Shown one piece after another: positions 1 to 8,297 of a stretch of 36,311 nt of DNA. Location: the NCBI GenBank assembly GCA_964386445.1, contig CAYLRC010000001.1:1-36311 (forward strand). The letters are read 5' to 3'. Below the pieces are notes generated by a model. It had not been told where the DNA came from and did not search any database. It worked only from the letters and a program-made list of their open reading frames with translations. This stretch comes from Candidatus Woesearchaeota archaeon (lineage in GTDB: Archaea; Nanobdellota; Nanobdellia; JAPDLS01; Haiyanarchaeaceae). Position 1 is the stretch's first letter, and every line of letters begins with the position of its first letter. The position numbers and the translations under genes were made by a program.

Positions 1-202
1 TCATACCAGAAGAAATCAAGTAAGATGTGTTAATTACTACCCTAATCTGATAATCCTCGAGAGTATTAGGATTATCAGTATTATCGATGCAAATATCATG
101 GAAGTAGTGGAAAATGTAACCAAAGCAAGGACTCATAACAAAGGGGAACAGACTCATCAGGGTAGCGAAGATTAATGCAAGTTTTAATGCAAGTTTCTTC
201 AT
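1..202 (-). CDS. N-terminal fragment of a secreted/surface protein, DUF2341-like (3' end runs off the left edge)
   Basis: Not in the ORF track because no stop lies in the window. ATG at 202-200, open to base 1: MKKLALKLALIFATLMSLFPFVMSPCFGYIFHYFHDICIDNTDNPNTLEDYQIRVVINTSYLISSGM. Signal-peptide-like start, then the N..N.L.DYQ..V.I.T..LI..G pattern I associate with DUF2341 surface proteins. Confidence 0.45.
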   Translation of the reverse strand, partial: MKKLALKLALIFATLMSLFPFVMSPCFGYIFHYFHDICIDNTDNPNTLEDYQIRVVINTSYLISSGM

Positions 203-316
203 AACAAACTTAACTTAACCGTTTTCATATAAATTACTTACTAAATCTATTCGAACCCGACCAAATTCGAGTTTCTATGGAAAGTTATAAATTAGAAGCC
301 TTCATCTCTTAAATTT

Positions 317-793
317 ATGATAATAGCAGAACCTAAACTCAGAGCTTTAGTTCTGTGGCTATATGAGAAGAATGTACTTCCTGTACTCTTGGTCTCTATC
401 TGCCTCTACATTTCCTCAGATCTCCTCTATTACTCAGCCCTCTTGACCCAAGAAATGGCTGGGATAATGAAAGATGTAGCTTTCGCTCTGGTTGTCGGAG
501 CTTTCCTCTTTCTCCTTTGGAAGAAGTATGCCACGAAGTACTATATCCTTGAGTCTCACATTCACCTCAAAGATTTGGGTGGCTGGACTAGGATACCCTA
601 CGAGAAAATTGAGGATGTGAAGCTTCAAAAGGGTGCTTTGGAAGGACTACTCAAGATTGGTAAGATCGTCATAAAAACTCCTGAGGAAGAATATGTCTTG
701 GAGGGGGTTCACGATCCAGAGAGGGTATTTGATGAAATTGTGAGGAGAAAGTTAGAAGTAGAGGGTAGGATTGAGAAGGCTTTTAAGCTATAA
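317..793 (+). CDS. membrane protein with bacterial-type PH (bPH_2, YdbS/YdbT-like) domain
   Basis: ATG at 317. Two hydrophobic segments (VLPVLLVSICLYISSDLLYY, VAFALVVGAFLFLLW), then GGWTRIPYEKIEDVKLQKGALEGLLKIGKIVIKT, typical of bPH_2. TATA-like aaagttataaatta about 30 nt upstream. Confidence 0.6.
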   Translation: MIIAEPKLRALVLWLYEKNVLPVLLVSICLYISSDLLYYSALLTQEMAGIMKDVAFALVVGAFLFLLWKKYATKYYILESHIHLKDLGGWTRIPYEKIEDVKLQKGALEGLLKIGKIVIKTPEEEYVLEGVHDPERVFDEIVRRKLEVEGRIEKAFKL

Positions 794-1267
794 TCGCTTG
801 ATCCTCCTCTCCTTTGGGACCATATTCATAATCCTTCCTTCTCTATAAACGCCGCTCCCGAGAAAATCATCCCCACATTTTAAAATCACAGGACCTTCCG
901 AGACCTTAGAACTTTTAGGAAGCCTTTTTTCTAGGTCAAGACCCCTCATCCAAAGCTCCATTTCTTCTCTGGTTAATTCGATTACATTTTTAGTTGCTAG
1001 GCTTCCAATTAGCTGAGTACCTTCGATTGAGAGCCTAAGTTTTCTCTTAGATTCAAAAAATCCAAAATATAAACCAATTTTTTGTATTTTTAATCTTTTT
1101 AACTCAATTTTTCCAATTTCTTGAGTGCATATCCATATTTTCCCCTTCTTATCTTTAAAAAAGAGGTAATTTTTCGCTAGTTTATCGGTCTTTGCTCCGA
1201 ACCTTTCCTCCAATATCTGAAGAACTCTCCTCACCTCCTCGTCGCTCAATAGCTTTATTTCCCTCAA
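788..1267 (-). CDS. Nip7-like pre-PUA/PUA RNA-binding protein
   Basis: 159 aa with only a TTG start (1267-1265), 6 nt after and in frame with the TGA of the upstream methyltransferase. The C-terminus GPVILKCGDDFLGSGVYREGRIMNMVPKERRI resembles PUA domain ends of archaeal Nip7. Size and two-domain layout fit Nip7. Confidence 0.5.
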   Translation of the reverse strand: MREIKLLSDEEVRRVLQILEERFGAKTDKLAKNYLFFKDKKGKIWICTQEIGKIELKRLKIQKIGLYFGFFESKRKLRLSIEGTQLIGSLATKNVIELTREEMELWMRGLDLEKRLPKSSKVSEGPVILKCGDDFLGSGVYREGRIMNMVPKERRIKRL

Positions 1268-1273
1268 TTCAAT

Positions 1274-2197
1274 TCACCTTTTAACTATGCTTGCTATGAA
1301 AAATCCTTCTGTATCATTATCTTGAGGGTAGATCCTCACGCATCTCCTTACTTCGCTAGAAAATTTCTTACCCTCCCATTCCTCTACCCCCTTCCTTAAC
1401 CTTAATCCCCTTAAACTTACTTTCTCAACCTCAGCATTTTCATATTTCCTCAAGAGGAAATCTACAACTTCCTCATTTTCCTCCGGAGCTAAGGTACAGG
1501 TAGAGTAAACCAGTCTACCTCCTTCTTTAAGTCTCATGAAACCAGTTTCCACTAATTTCTTCTGTAGTCTGGACAATCCTTTAATCATCCTTAAATTCCA
1601 CATCCTCAACACATTATAGTTCTTCCTTATAGCTCCTTCAGCTGAGCAAGGAGCATCAACTAACACTTTATCGAACTCTAGATTTACATTCCTGAAAGCA
1701 TTTCCATTCATCATCGTAACCACACAGTTGCTTACTCCACACCTCTGTAAATTAGTTGTCAAGGCTTTTATCCTATCTATTCTAACGTCGTTTGCTATAA
1801 TTAGACCTGTATTTTTCATAAGCTGGGCAATCTGAGTTGTTTTGCTCCCCGGAGCAGCACAGAGATCTAAAACGAAATCGCCTTTCCTAGGCTTCAATAC
1901 TAGAGGAGGGATCATGCTAGCAGCTTCTTGGACGTAGAAATAGCCAAGAGCATGCTCAATAGTATTGCCGAGGGAAAAACCATCTTCTATAATCAACCCA
2001 TCTTCATACCACTCCAGCTCCTTAACCTTGTATCTCTGACTTAATCTTTCAACCAAATCTTCTTTACGGATTTTCAAAGTATTGACTCTAATAGTCGTTG
2101 GTAAGTATTTCTCACAAATTTCTAAAAAAACTTCTAATTCATCTCCCAAGAGCTTCCTCATCCTCTCTAAAAATTTCTCCTTAAATTGAGGCTTCAT
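1274..2197 (-). CDS. NOL1/NOP2/Sun-family RNA (cytosine-C5)-methyltransferase
   Basis: ATG at 2197. SAM motif DLCAAPGSKTTQIA, catalytic-Cys motifs VDAPCSAEG and LVYSTCTLAPEENE. 307 aa catalytic core with no fused PUA domain. Confidence 0.9.
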   Translation of the reverse strand: MKPQFKEKFLERMRKLLGDELEVFLEICEKYLPTTIRVNTLKIRKEDLVERLSQRYKVKELEWYEDGLIIEDGFSLGNTIEHALGYFYVQEAASMIPPLVLKPRKGDFVLDLCAAPGSKTTQIAQLMKNTGLIIANDVRIDRIKALTTNLQRCGVSNCVVTMMNGNAFRNVNLEFDKVLVDAPCSAEGAIRKNYNVLRMWNLRMIKGLSRLQKKLVETGFMRLKEGGRLVYSTCTLAPEENEEVVDFLLRKYENAEVEKVSLRGLRLRKGVEEWEGKKFSSEVRRCVRIYPQDNDTEGFFIASIVKR

Positions 2198-2303
2198 ACC
2201 CTTAAAATCTCAAGTAATGCTATCTAATAAAGCCTACTCAACCTCTAAGATGAAACCTCTTCTGAGAAATTTTTGGAAAAATTATTAAGGAAGTTCTAGG
2301 TTA

Positions 2304-3512
2304 ATGATTATTGAAATGGTATCGGTAGTGTTTTACTTCCATGCACATCAACCGTTTAGAGTGAAGAAATATAGGATCTTCGACATAGGTGTAAGTAGAG
2401 ATTATTTCGATGATGATTTGAATAAGAGGATCTTGGGGAGGGTTGTTAGGAAATGTTATAGACCGATGAATAAATTGCTCTTAGAGTTGATAAAGGATTA
2501 CAATCTCAAAGTTTCATTCTCAATTTCAGGAGTGTTAATAGAGCAGCTTGAGCTCTGGTATCCCGATGTGCTCGATCTCTTTGGCGAGCTAGTAGATACT
2601 GGTAATGTGGAGTTGCTAGCGGAAACTTACTATCATTCCTTAGCTTCTATCTTCTCGGAGAGAGAATTTAAAGAGCAAGTTAGGAAACATGTTAAAAAGT
2701 TGAGAGAAGTTTTTAACTACAAACCGAGGGCTTTCAGGAATACTGAGCTCGTTTATTCTAATGAAATAGCAAAGAATGTTAGGAAACTTGGGTTTAAGGT
2801 TATGTTAACAGAAGGGACTGAGAAGATCTTGGGGTGGAGGAGTCCAACCTATGTGTATAGAGCAAAGGGTGTAGATCTAAAATTGCTCCTGAGACATTAT
2901 AAGCTATCAGACGATATTGCATTCAGGTTCTCGAATCCAAATTGGGAGGAATTTCCACTTACAGCTGAGAAATATGCTACTTGGATCAGCTCCCACAACG
3001 GAAATGGCTACGTTGTCAACATCTTCATGGATTACGAAACTTTTGGTGAGCATCAATGGCCAGAGACTGGAATCTTTGAATTCTTCAGGAACTTGCCCAA
3101 GGAAATCTTAAAGCATCCTGATAATGATTTTGCAACTGTGAGTGAAGCAGCATCAAGATATGAAGCAGTTGATGAGATAGATGTGCCTTACATAATTTCT
3201 TGGGCTGATCTGGAGAGGGATTTGAGTGCTTGGCTTGGTGATTCCCTCCAACATGAAGCTGCTAAGAATCTTTATGAAATAGAGAAGGCTGTTAAGAGAT
3301 ATTATAAGAAATGTGGTGATGAACAAATCCTAGAAGCTTGGAGGAAGCTTACTACAGCAGATCATCTATACTACATGAGTTTGAAATATGATGCTGATGG
3401 AGACATACACAAATACTTTAGAGATCAAGCCTTCCCAACTCCATTCGATGCATTTGTAGCTTTCATGAACATCCTGCACGATCTTAAGATGAGAGTAGGA
3501 GTGAAGAAATAA
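2304..3512 (+). CDS. glycoside hydrolase family 57 (alpha-amylase-type)
   Basis: GH57 conserved regions are readable: FHAHQPF, GVLIEQLE, FRNTELVYS (nucleophile Glu region), FMDYETFGEHQW (acid/base Asp region), TTADHLYYM. An alternative ATG lies at 2316. Confidence 0.8.
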   Translation: MIIEMVSVVFYFHAHQPFRVKKYRIFDIGVSRDYFDDDLNKRILGRVVRKCYRPMNKLLLELIKDYNLKVSFSISGVLIEQLELWYPDVLDLFGELVDTGNVELLAETYYHSLASIFSEREFKEQVRKHVKKLREVFNYKPRAFRNTELVYSNEIAKNVRKLGFKVMLTEGTEKILGWRSPTYVYRAKGVDLKLLLRHYKLSDDIAFRFSNPNWEEFPLTAEKYATWISSHNGNGYVVNIFMDYETFGEHQWPETGIFEFFRNLPKEILKHPDNDFATVSEAASRYEAVDEIDVPYIISWADLERDLSAWLGDSLQHEAAKNLYEIEKAVKRYYKKCGDEQILEAWRKLTTADHLYYMSLKYDADGDIHKYFRDQAFPTPFDAFVAFMNILHDLKMRVGVKK

Positions 3513-3528
3513 GAACTTAAACTGACTT

Positions 3529-4713
3529 CTAGGCTGCTAGACTCCTATAAACATTTAAGATCTTCTTAGCGCTTTTCTCCCAACTTAGGAAACCCATCTC
3601 TTCCTTCGCTACTTCAACCATCTTCTCAGCGAGCTTTGGATATCTGAGCAATGCTATTATTTTATTCGCCATCTCTTCAGTATCCCAGAAATCAACCTTG
3701 AAGACATTTCTCAAGACCTCTGCAACTCCAGATTGCTTAGATATTATTACTGGTTTATTGTGGTAAAGTGCTTCTAGAGGAGTTATCCCAAATGGTTCCG
3801 AGAGGGAGGGGAGTACGTACACATCAGCTAGCTCATAGAGGAGATCGACTTCCTTATCGGAGAGATAGCCAGTAAATATTACATGATCAGCAATTCCTAA
3901 ATCACTACTTAACTTAACCAATTGGGGCATCATTTCCCCATATCCGCCAACCACAAACAAAACATCTTTCTCAAAATCCAATACTCTTTTCGCAGCTCTC
4001 AAGAACCAATCTGGACCTTTAAACAAGGTGAGCCTCCCCAAGTAAAGCACGATCTTGTAATTCTCCTTCAACTTCTTATACTCAACTCCTCTTATCTTTT
4101 CCCTAAAGCTCACAGCATTATAAACAACTTCTATCTTATCCTCTGGAATTCCATAGAAATTCGTTATTATGTCTTTAATTCGCTTGCTCACCGCAATTAT
4201 TTTATCCGCATTCTCAAATCCAAATTTCTCAATTTGATAATCCAATAAATTCTTATAGAGATTCCCACCACATCTATCAAAGGATGTTGAGTGAACATGC
4301 AAGATGAGGGGTTTCCTAAATCTCCTTTTAAGCTCAACCCCTGCTGGGAAAGTCATCCAATCATGGCAATGAATGAGGTCAAAATCCTCTAGCTCAGCAA
4401 TCTTGCAAACAAGCTCCCTGTATTTGCCGAGGTTTTCAGCTGTAAAGGAAAAGAAGACTTTAACATCCGAATCCAAAAATTTAATGTAGGGATAAAGCCT
4501 AACATCGAGTTCATAGAACTTAACTCTATCCTTTGGAAAATCTCTCGAGATTAGTTCATAAAATCTTGGCTTCAGGTTCTCAGGAATTTTTGGGAGAATG
4601 TAAATGATATTTACTCCTAACTTACCGAGCTCTTTCGTTAGATGATAGCAGGCAACCCCCAACCCACCGCTCTTAAGCGGGGGGAATTCCCACGCTAGCA
4701 TCAAGACTTTCAT
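3529..4713 (-). CDS. glycogen synthase-like glycosyltransferase (GT-B fold, GT4/GT5)
   Basis: The ORF track starts at TTG 4722. The first ATG (4713) gives MKVLMLAWEFPPLKSGGLGVACYHL, the classic N-terminus of archaeal glycogen synthases. E-x7-E region PSLSEPFGITPLEALYHNKPVI. Convergent with the GH57 gene. Confidence 0.8.
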   Translation of the reverse strand: MKVLMLAWEFPPLKSGGLGVACYHLTKELGKLGVNIIYILPKIPENLKPRFYELISRDFPKDRVKFYELDVRLYPYIKFLDSDVKVFFSFTAENLGKYRELVCKIAELEDFDLIHCHDWMTFPAGVELKRRFRKPLILHVHSTSFDRCGGNLYKNLLDYQIEKFGFENADKIIAVSKRIKDIITNFYGIPEDKIEVVYNAVSFREKIRGVEYKKLKENYKIVLYLGRLTLFKGPDWFLRAAKRVLDFEKDVLFVVGGYGEMMPQLVKLSSDLGIADHVIFTGYLSDKEVDLLYELADVYVLPSLSEPFGITPLEALYHNKPVIISKQSGVAEVLRNVFKVDFWDTEEMANKIIALLRYPKLAEKMVEVAKEEMGFLSWEKSAKKILNVYRSLAA

Positions 4714-4774
4714 TTCAAACAATTTTCTTTAAAAGGAAGTATATTTTATATTTTTTGAACTCACTGGGGAGAAA

Positions 4775-4951
4775 TTACTCTTTCTTCTTCCTCTCTTTGG
4801 TCCATTTGAGCTTTTTCGGCTTCCTCCCGAGCTTCAACATGTTCCTCTCGCATTTAGAAGAACAGAAATAGAATATCTTCCCATCGTTCCTAACGAACAT
4901 TATCCCAGTTCCAGGAGGTATTTCCTTATTGCAGAATGAGCATTTCTTCAT
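4775..4951 (-). CDS. rpl24e: 50S ribosomal protein L24e (eL24)
   Basis: Missing from the ORF track (58 aa). My translation is [58 protein letters not shown], an eL24 zinc-knuckle sequence. The ATG overlaps the S28e TGA as ATGA (4948-4951). This completes the conserved L7Ae-S28e-L24e operon. Confidence 0.9.
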   Translation of the reverse strand: MKKCSFCNKEIPPGTGIMFVRNDGKIFYFCSSKCERNMLKLGRKPKKLKWTKERKKKE

Positions 4952-5235
4952 CTACGTCCACCACTCAATGGATGAGCCTCAAGCTCAGTATCCTTAAGCA
5001 TTAGTATATCGCCTATCCTCACAGGTCCTTTTACATTCCTCCTAAGCACCTTCCCTTCATCTTTTCCCCTCAATATCTTGCACCTAACTTGCGTTACTTC
5101 ACCACGGACTCCAGTCCTTCCAATTATCTCCACAACTTCTGCTGGGGTAGCCTCTGCAAAGACAGCATCCTCACTAACTTTGAGTTGTTCTTCAGCTTTA
5201 GCCTCCTTAATTTTTTGTCTCTTCCTCCCACCCAC
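4948..5235 (-). CDS. rps28e: 30S ribosomal protein S28e (eS28) with N-terminal charged extension
   Basis: Core [54 protein letters not shown] is canonical eS28. The only usable in-frame start upstream of the core is GTG 5235, preceded by GTGAT 5 nt upstream. It adds about 26 residues ([25 protein letters not shown]). Confidence 0.85.
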   Translation of the reverse strand: MGGRKRQKIKEAKAEEQLKVSEDAVFAEATPAEVVEIIGRTGVRGEVTQVRCKILRGKDEGKVLRRNVKGPVRIGDILMLKDTELEAHPLSGGRR

Positions 5236-5246
5236 TCAAGATCACT

Positions 5247-5801
5247 CTATTCTTCTTTCTCCTCCTTCTCTTCCTTGGCTTTCTCTTCTTCCTTACTTTC
5301 CTTCTCCTCTTCTTCCTTTGTCTTCCCTTCCTCCTTCTTCTCTTCCTTTACTTCTTTAACCTCTTCCTTCTTCTCCTCAACCTTCTCCTCAACTTCCTCT
5401 ACTTTTTCTTCCTTCTCTTCCTTAGCCTTTGCTCCCTCAATGAGTTTCTTTACTTTCTCAATTATTTCCTCCATCAATGCCTTGCCCTCTCCTGGATCAA
5501 TTATGCAAGCACTTGCAGCAGCAACCTCTATTCCAGCGGCAGCACCAAGGTCTGCTTTACTTGGCACATAGGTATAAGGTATTCCTTTCTCCTCGCAGAG
5601 TGGAGGTAAATGCATTACTATTTCTGGGGGTACGACATCCTCAGCTATTGCAACGAGTTTTGCTTGCCCTTTCTCAACTGCTTTCGTTGTTTCATTAGTT
5701 CCCTTCTTTATCTTTCCTGTATTCCTAGCTACCTCAAAAAGTTGATAAGTTTTCTCGACTAATTCATTAGGGACTTCAAACTTCACATATGGAGCTGGCA
5801 T
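5247..5801 (-). CDS. rpl7ae: 50S ribosomal protein L7Ae (K-turn binding) with 63-aa K/E-rich C-terminal tail
   Basis: ATG 5801 preceded by GGAGGTGA (5815-5808). [54 protein letters not shown] is canonical L7Ae. The canonical domain ends near residue 121 and is followed by [17 protein letters not shown]...EEKEEKEE. Confidence 0.9.
   Translation of the reverse strand: MPAPYVKFEVPNELVEKTYQLFEVARNTGKIKKGTNETTKAVEKGQAKLVAIAEDVVPPEIVMHLPPLCEEKGIPYTYVPSKADLGAAAGIEVAAASACIIDPGEGKALMEEIIEKVKKLIEGAKAKEEKEEKVEEVEEKVEEKKEEVKEVKEEKKEEGKTKEEEEKESKEEEKAKEEKEEKEE
5250..5438 (-). repeat. low-complexity, nearly homopurine (coding strand) tract encoding the L7Ae K/E tail
   Basis: The plus strand is almost pure C/T for about 190 nt (tcttctttctcctccttctcttcc...). 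This explains the spurious S/F/L-rich antisense ORFs 5078..5359 and 5089..5571. Confidence 0.85.
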
Positions 5802-5880
5802 GCTTTTTCACCTCCTTCTACTTTCATTATTCATTGGCATAATTCTAAGAAATATACTTACTTAAAAACTTTACCTAATC

Positions 5881-6528
5881 TCAAATCTCAATTATCTTCC
5901 CTTTCCTCCCAACATTAATTATCCTACTTTTCCCAATTTTGTCCTCTTTCCCAAAAGTCTCATGAATATGACCGCATAAAACCAAATCTGGCTTCAACTT
6001 CTCAATCACCCTCCTAATACCCTTGCTCCCAGTATGAAATCCTATGTTGTCGAGCTTAGTCCCATAAGGAGGGGTATGGGTTACCAGTACTTTTTTCCTC
6101 GTGTCCTTTATTCCCTCATAGGCCTTCATTAGTATCTTCTCTATTTCTGATTCATCAAACTGAAAAATGCCTATGTTGCTCAAGCCAGCCCCGAAGAAGC
6201 CAACATCCCCAATCTTGATTGAGTACCCATGCAAATTGTAAGTACCTGGAGAATAAACCTTGGCAAGGAAATCAATAGTCGCAACCGTCTCATGATTCCC
6301 AGGTATTATTATGACTTTTTTCTTCTTCTCTTTAAATGGACCAATCAATCCTTCTAAGCTAAGCTCAGCAAAAGTCAAATCACCACATAAGACAACAACG
6401 TCAACTTTCTTCTTAGCCGCCTTCTCGGCCAATTTCTTAACTAGTTCCCTATCTCCATGAATATCAGAGGCTGCTAAAATCCTAAGTTTCTTGATCCTTC
6501 TCCTCTGTTTTCCCTTCCCCTTCCTCAT
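5881..6528 (-). CDS. calcineurin-like metallophosphoesterase (MJ0936/YfcE-like)
   Basis: Motifs ILAASDIHGD, VLCGDLT, IIPGNHE, VTHTPPYG, LCGHIHE. The ATG overlaps the GluRS stop as ATGA (6525-6528). Basic N-terminal leader MRKGKGKQRRRIKK. Confidence 0.8.
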   Translation of the reverse strand: MRKGKGKQRRRIKKLRILAASDIHGDRELVKKLAEKAAKKKVDVVVLCGDLTFAELSLEGLIGPFKEKKKKVIIIPGNHETVATIDFLAKVYSPGTYNLHGYSIKIGDVGFFGAGLSNIGIFQFDESEIEKILMKAYEGIKDTRKKVLVTHTPPYGTKLDNIGFHTGSKGIRRVIEKLKPDLVLCGHIHETFGKEDKIGKSRIINVGRKGKIIEI

Positions 6529-8246
6529 TTGTGGGCAAAAATAAAAAGCAGCTTATCCTTTTCCTTTTTATCTAATCTCATGAAACCAAATCTCTCAGCT
6601 TGAATTATGTCTCCTTCCTTTAATTTCATCGAGTCCCTCTCAATTAATCCCTCAACTTCTCTCAAACTATCTTCATTCAATTTCCCGTTGATGAAAAGTA
6701 AGTCTGGAATTAAGACCTTGGCTTTAAGATGATCTTCAGTAACCCATTGGATTTTCGGAACTTCCTTGAGTAGTTCTTCACTAACGAACTCTGAAATTAC
6801 TTTCTTTCCCGAGATAGTCTTCACTTTTACGTTATACAAATTCTTCAACCTAACTATCTTTCCCTCTTCAAACAACTTCAAATCATCCCTACTCACAAAA
6901 AACTTTCCAGAAGTTTCAACTTCCCTAAAGCCAAGATCCTCAGTTGGGTGATATCTTAACTTCACTCTCTTCTTCGGAGCCCCTTCTACCTCTAGTTCTA
7001 TTGGATTCGGAACAAAGAAATACCTCCTCACTATCGGATCGAGCACCTTCCTATTGATCGAGTAAAGCATTTCCCACTCAAATTCGTGATAAGCCTTTGT
7101 TATCCCAACCTGGACAGTGAATTGTCTTATCGCCTCAGCTGTTACCCCTCTCCTCTTGATCGCATCTATCGTAGCAAGCCTTGGATCGTCCCATCCCTTT
7201 ACAACTCCCTTCTCAATTAGTTCCCTAATTTTCCTCTTTTGGATTGGAGTCCCCTTAAAATTGAACCTCATGTACTGAATTATTATTGGGTTCTTCATCC
7301 CAAATAAGCTCCTTATGTAGTTCTGAAGCTCAGTCCTCATCTCCCCGAATTCTGCACTCCTCAAGACATGAGTAATCCCACAAAAGTAATCCTCTAATGC
7401 AACAGCAAAGTCATAAGTAGGCCAAACCCTATACCTATCGCTAACAATTGGATGGGGGTGCTCAATTACCCTAAAAATCACTGGATCCCTCATACAAAAG
7501 TTCTTGCTCTGCATATCACCCTTCAACCTCAAAGTGACTTCGCCTTCTCTATAATATCCTTCCAACATCCTCCTCCAATCCTCCAAATTTTCCTCAACTT
7601 CTTTATTCCTATGCTCGCATTCCTTCCCACTCTTCCTAAGTTCTCTAATCTTCTCAACCTTACAAGAGCAAACATAAGCAAAGTTCCTAAGGATGAGCTT
7701 TTCAGCATACTTGTAGTAGTTCTCCAAATTCTGAGATTCATATTTCTCGAAATCCCAATTTATGCCAAGCCATCTATAACCATTTCTAAAATTTTCGTAA
7801 AATTCCTTCTTCACTTTCCTTGGATTAGTATCTTCGAATCTCAACCAAACTTTACCATCATACATTCTAGCATAGAGGTAATTTATAATCCCACTCATCC
7901 CATGACCTATATGCATGTAGCCACTTGGTTCAGGAGGTAACCTTGTAACAACTTTTCCCTTCTCAGCATTTGGTAGAGGTGGTAACTCCTTCCTAGCTTC
8001 AATTACTTTCTCGACTAGGAGCTCTGGAGCTATCTCTTCCAACTTTTTCCTCTGCTCCTCTAAACTCATAGAATTAACTTCCTTGACTATTTCTCTTACT
8101 TTCTCCTTAACCTCCTCGATCCTCTCTTTGAGATCCGGTCTTTGACCAAGGACTTTAGAAATTACTGCCTTCTCAAGTGCCCTCCCTTCGTGATCCACAG
8201 CATTCTTCAAGCTCCATTTCAAGATGAGTTCCTCAAGCTCTTCCAT
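6525..8246 (-). CDS. gltX: glutamyl-tRNA synthetase, archaeal type
   Basis: 573 aa with the class I HIGH motif in PSGYMHIGHGMSGIINY. RFEDTNP and WPTYDFAVALEDY are typical of archaeal/eukaryal GluRS. Confidence 0.9.
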   Translation of the reverse strand: MEELEELILKWSLKNAVDHEGRALEKAVISKVLGQRPDLKERIEEVKEKVREIVKEVNSMSLEEQRKKLEEIAPELLVEKVIEARKELPPLPNAEKGKVVTRLPPEPSGYMHIGHGMSGIINYLYARMYDGKVWLRFEDTNPRKVKKEFYENFRNGYRWLGINWDFEKYESQNLENYYKYAEKLILRNFAYVCSCKVEKIRELRKSGKECEHRNKEVEENLEDWRRMLEGYYREGEVTLRLKGDMQSKNFCMRDPVIFRVIEHPHPIVSDRYRVWPTYDFAVALEDYFCGITHVLRSAEFGEMRTELQNYIRSLFGMKNPIIIQYMRFNFKGTPIQKRKIRELIEKGVVKGWDDPRLATIDAIKRRGVTAEAIRQFTVQVGITKAYHEFEWEMLYSINRKVLDPIVRRYFFVPNPIELEVEGAPKKRVKLRYHPTEDLGFREVETSGKFFVSRDDLKLFEEGKIVRLKNLYNVKVKTISGKKVISEFVSEELLKEVPKIQWVTEDHLKAKVLIPDLLFINGKLNEDSLREVEGLIERDSMKLKEGDIIQAERFGFMRLDKKEKDKLLFIFAHK

Positions 8247-8297
8247 AATTCCAGAAAAACAATCATAATTTATTAAAATTCGCTCATCCTTCCACTC

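Noticed and set aside
2247-2266. aAGATGAAacctcttCTGAga in the intergenic region upstream of the GH57 gene, resembling C and D boxes of a C/D sRNA.
   Set aside because: Only about 8 nt separate the two boxes. There is no C'/D' pair, no terminal stem, and the C box is not RUGAUGA. The region is too short to be a guide sRNA.
3514-3525. Exact 12-mer AACTTAAACTGA directly after stop codons at two convergent junctions (3514-3525 and 22654-22665). I considered it as a shared bidirectional terminator or 3'-processing motif.
   Set aside because: A single exact 12-mer repeat is expected by chance in 36 kb of AT-rich DNA. At the second site most of the motif is the coding 3' end and stop of nfi. I saw no further copies at other junctions.
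5078-5571. Plus-strand ORFs of 93 and 160 aa, extremely rich in S, F, L and P.
   Set aside because: They are the antisense mirror of the homopurine K/E-tail coding region of L7Ae and of rps28e. They have low complexity, no start context, and overlap well-supported ribosomal protein genes.
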